Origin: Bacteroidota bacterium | Lineage (GTDB): Bacteria; Bacteroidota; Bacteroidia; Sphingobacteriales; Sphingobacteriaceae | Direction: 5' to 3' | Assembly (NCBI GenBank): GCA_040384965.1 | Contig: JAZKIH010000075.1 | Span: 65,709-129,708, forward strand | Length of the DNA stretch: 64,000 nucleotides | Shown: positions 62,650-64,000 of the stretch, in pieces | Position numbering within the stretch: position 1 is the stretch's first letter | How the letters are laid out: every line of letters starts with the position of its first letter | Translations under genes and position numbers: made by a program | Notes under the pieces: model-generated | The model's database searches: none | What the model saw: only the letters and a program-made list of their open reading frames with translations | What the model was told of the DNA's origin: nothing

Positions 62650-64000
62650 ATGCCCGAAATAACCCGTGTTTTTGATCTCTTAAAAATTTCTCAAAAGGAA
62701 TTCGATAAGGAAGATATTGTGGCCACTAAAATTAACGGTGCGTGGATCAAATATTCAACCCAGCGTTTTGTTCACGAAGTAGATTCAGTTAGCCGCGGTC
62801 TGATTAGCAAGGGTATTAAAAAGGGAGATAAAGTTGCTATTATGTCACCTAATCGGCCAGAATGGAATATATGCGACTTTGGTATAATGCAAATGGGAGC
62901 GACACAGGTTCCTATGTATCCCACACTTGCAGAAAATGACATAAAATTTATAGCAAAAGACGCTGACATTAGAATCGTATTTGTCTCAGATAAACTGCTT
63001 TACGACAAGTTGAACACTGTCAAGACGAGAGATGGAGCAAATTTTGAGATCTATACGTTTGATGATGTTCCCGGAATTGCGAACTGGAAAGATTTACTGA
63101 GTTTAGGCGACGCAAATGCATCAATCGATCTCGAAACGTATAGAAAGGAAATAAAGCCCGACGACCTCTTAACCCTAATTTATACCTCCGGCACCACCGG
63201 TACACCGAAAGGGGTTATGCTAACTCACAACAATTTGGTGACTAACGTGCGCGAGTCTTCGAAGTTATATCCAGCCAGTTTTACGAAAGCAATCAGTTTT
63301 TTACCATTATCACATGTTTTTGAACGCATGGTTTTCTATATGTATCTCTATTTGGGTATATCAGTTTACTATGCTCAAAGTATGGATACCATCGCTGCGG
63401 ACATCGCTGATGTTAGACCTCACGGGTTTACTACAGTACCCAGACTCCTTGAAAAAGTTTACGATCGCATAGTAGAAAAAGGATCGCAGCTTACCGGTGT
63501 TAAACGCAAGTTATTTTACTGGGCTCTGAATCTGGGTCTGCAGTTCGAGATGGACGGCAAAAACGGCGCATGGTATGAGCTTCAGTTAAAAATTGCTAAT
63601 AAATTGGTTTTCAGTAAATGGAGGGATGCTTTAGGAGGAAATATTATGGCAATTGTATCAGGCGGTGCCGCTTTACAACCGCGACTTGCCAGGGTGTTTT
63701 GGGCCGCTGGTATGCCGGTACTAGAGGGCTATGGTCTTACTGAAACATCACCTGTTATTAACGTAAACGGTCTTCGAAAGGGCGAGGCGAAATTTACCAC
63801 TGTGGGCAGAACCATTAAGGATGTCGAGGTGAAAATTGCTGAAGATGGAGAGATCTTATGTAAAGGGCCAAACGTGATGAAAGGATATTATAATCGCCCA
63901 GACCTGAGTGCGGAGGTCATCGATAAGGATGGGTTTTTTCATACTGGGGATATTGGTGAGATTGTAGATGGACAATATCTTCGGATTACCGACAGGAAAA
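62650..64000 (+). CDS. Long-chain acyl-CoA synthetase (AMP-binding family), 3'-truncated by the window end
   Basis: It is absent from the ORF track because no stop codon is reached. My own translation from the ATG at 62650 gives MPEITRVFDLLKISQKEF..VAIMSPNRPEWNICDFGIMQMGATQVPMYPTL..LLTLIYTSGTTGTPKGVMLTHNNLV..GYGLTETSPV..FHTGDIGE. The frame stays open to nt 64000. Confidence 0.85.
   Translation, partial: MPEITRVFDLLKISQKEFDKEDIVATKINGAWIKYSTQRFVHEVDSVSRGLISKGIKKGDKVAIMSPNRPEWNICDFGIMQMGATQVPMYPTLAENDIKFIAKDADIRIVFVSDKLLYDKLNTVKTRDGANFEIYTFDDVPGIANWKDLLSLGDANASIDLETYRKEIKPDDLLTLIYTSGTTGTPKGVMLTHNNLVTNVRESSKLYPASFTKAISFLPLSHVFERMVFYMYLYLGISVYYAQSMDTIAADIADVRPHGFTTVPRLLEKVYDRIVEKGSQLTGVKRKLFYWALNLGLQFEMDGKNGAWYELQLKIANKLVFSKWRDALGGNIMAIVSGGAALQPRLARVFWAAGMPVLEGYGLTETSPVINVNGLRKGEAKFTTVGRTIKDVEVKIAEDGEILCKGPNVMKGYYNRPDLSAEVIDKDGFFHTGDIGEIVDGQYLRITDRK

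Noticed and set aside
62772-63205. Two minus-strand ORFs (62772..62969 and 63020..63205).
   Set aside because: They lie inside, and antisense to, the long open frame encoding the AMP-binding acyl-CoA synthetase, which has clear motifs.
1-64000. A search for mobile elements, phage genes, toxin-antitoxin or defence-system signatures, tRNA/rRNA genes and CRISPR arrays.
   Set aside because: No transposase, integrase or recombinase motifs were found. No terminal inverted repeats, cloverleaf-like sequences or short repeat-spacer arrays were recognised in any intergenic region. The larger intergenic regions (18310..18582, 19096..19342, 50162..50469, 62237..62649) contain only short hairpins.

Overview
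This 64-kb chromosomal window most likely comes from a Bacteroidota genome. The evidence is a T9SS type-B C-terminal sorting domain, a PorP/SprF partner gene, frequent TTG/GTG starts, tight gene packing without obvious Shine-Dalgarno sites, and AT-rich coding. No rRNA, tRNA, CRISPR array, transposase or integrase was recognised. The window has four blocks.

(1) 30-18309, minus strand: a co-linear hybrid NRPS-PKS assembly line. Gene 1 is A-T-KS-AT-ACP-aminotransferase, gene 2 is C-A(MT-interrupted)-T, and gene 3 is C-A-T-T-TE. An Sfp-type PPTase follows and two GT2 glycosyltransferases precede.

(2) 19343-29433, plus strand: a surface-adhesin module. It has a 1603-aa cargo protein (lectin, Ig-repeat array, cadherin-like domains, type-B T9SS CTD), then a PorP/SprF protein, an OmpA/TolB-like protein and an LruC lipoprotein.

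(3) 29505-50161: a convergent two-arm polysaccharide locus. The plus arm encodes close look-alikes of the mycobacterial decaprenyl-phospho-arabinofuranose pathway (Rv3806c-like PRTase, DprE1, DprE2), plus a HAD phosphatase and a polytopic membrane protein. The minus arm is a 16-gene Wzx/Wzy-type operon. It is headed by a receiver protein and a pseudo-receiver::phosphoglycosyl-transferase fusion, and contains a half-size TolC-like protein and a BY-kinase-like co-polymerase with degenerate motifs.

(4) 50470-64000: mostly ordinary genes. These are rhodanese, TauE, a marR-MFP-RND-tolC efflux operon extended by a receiver and a sugar-kinase-like gene, an M61 peptidase, a small OMP, and a 3'-truncated acyl-CoA synthetase.

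The most interesting candidates are the orphan Ser/malonyl/beta-amination/Gly/Gly assembly line and the DPA-like lipid-arabinose pathway embedded in a Bacteroidota glycan locus. All domain calls come from motif recognition by eye. No database search was run.
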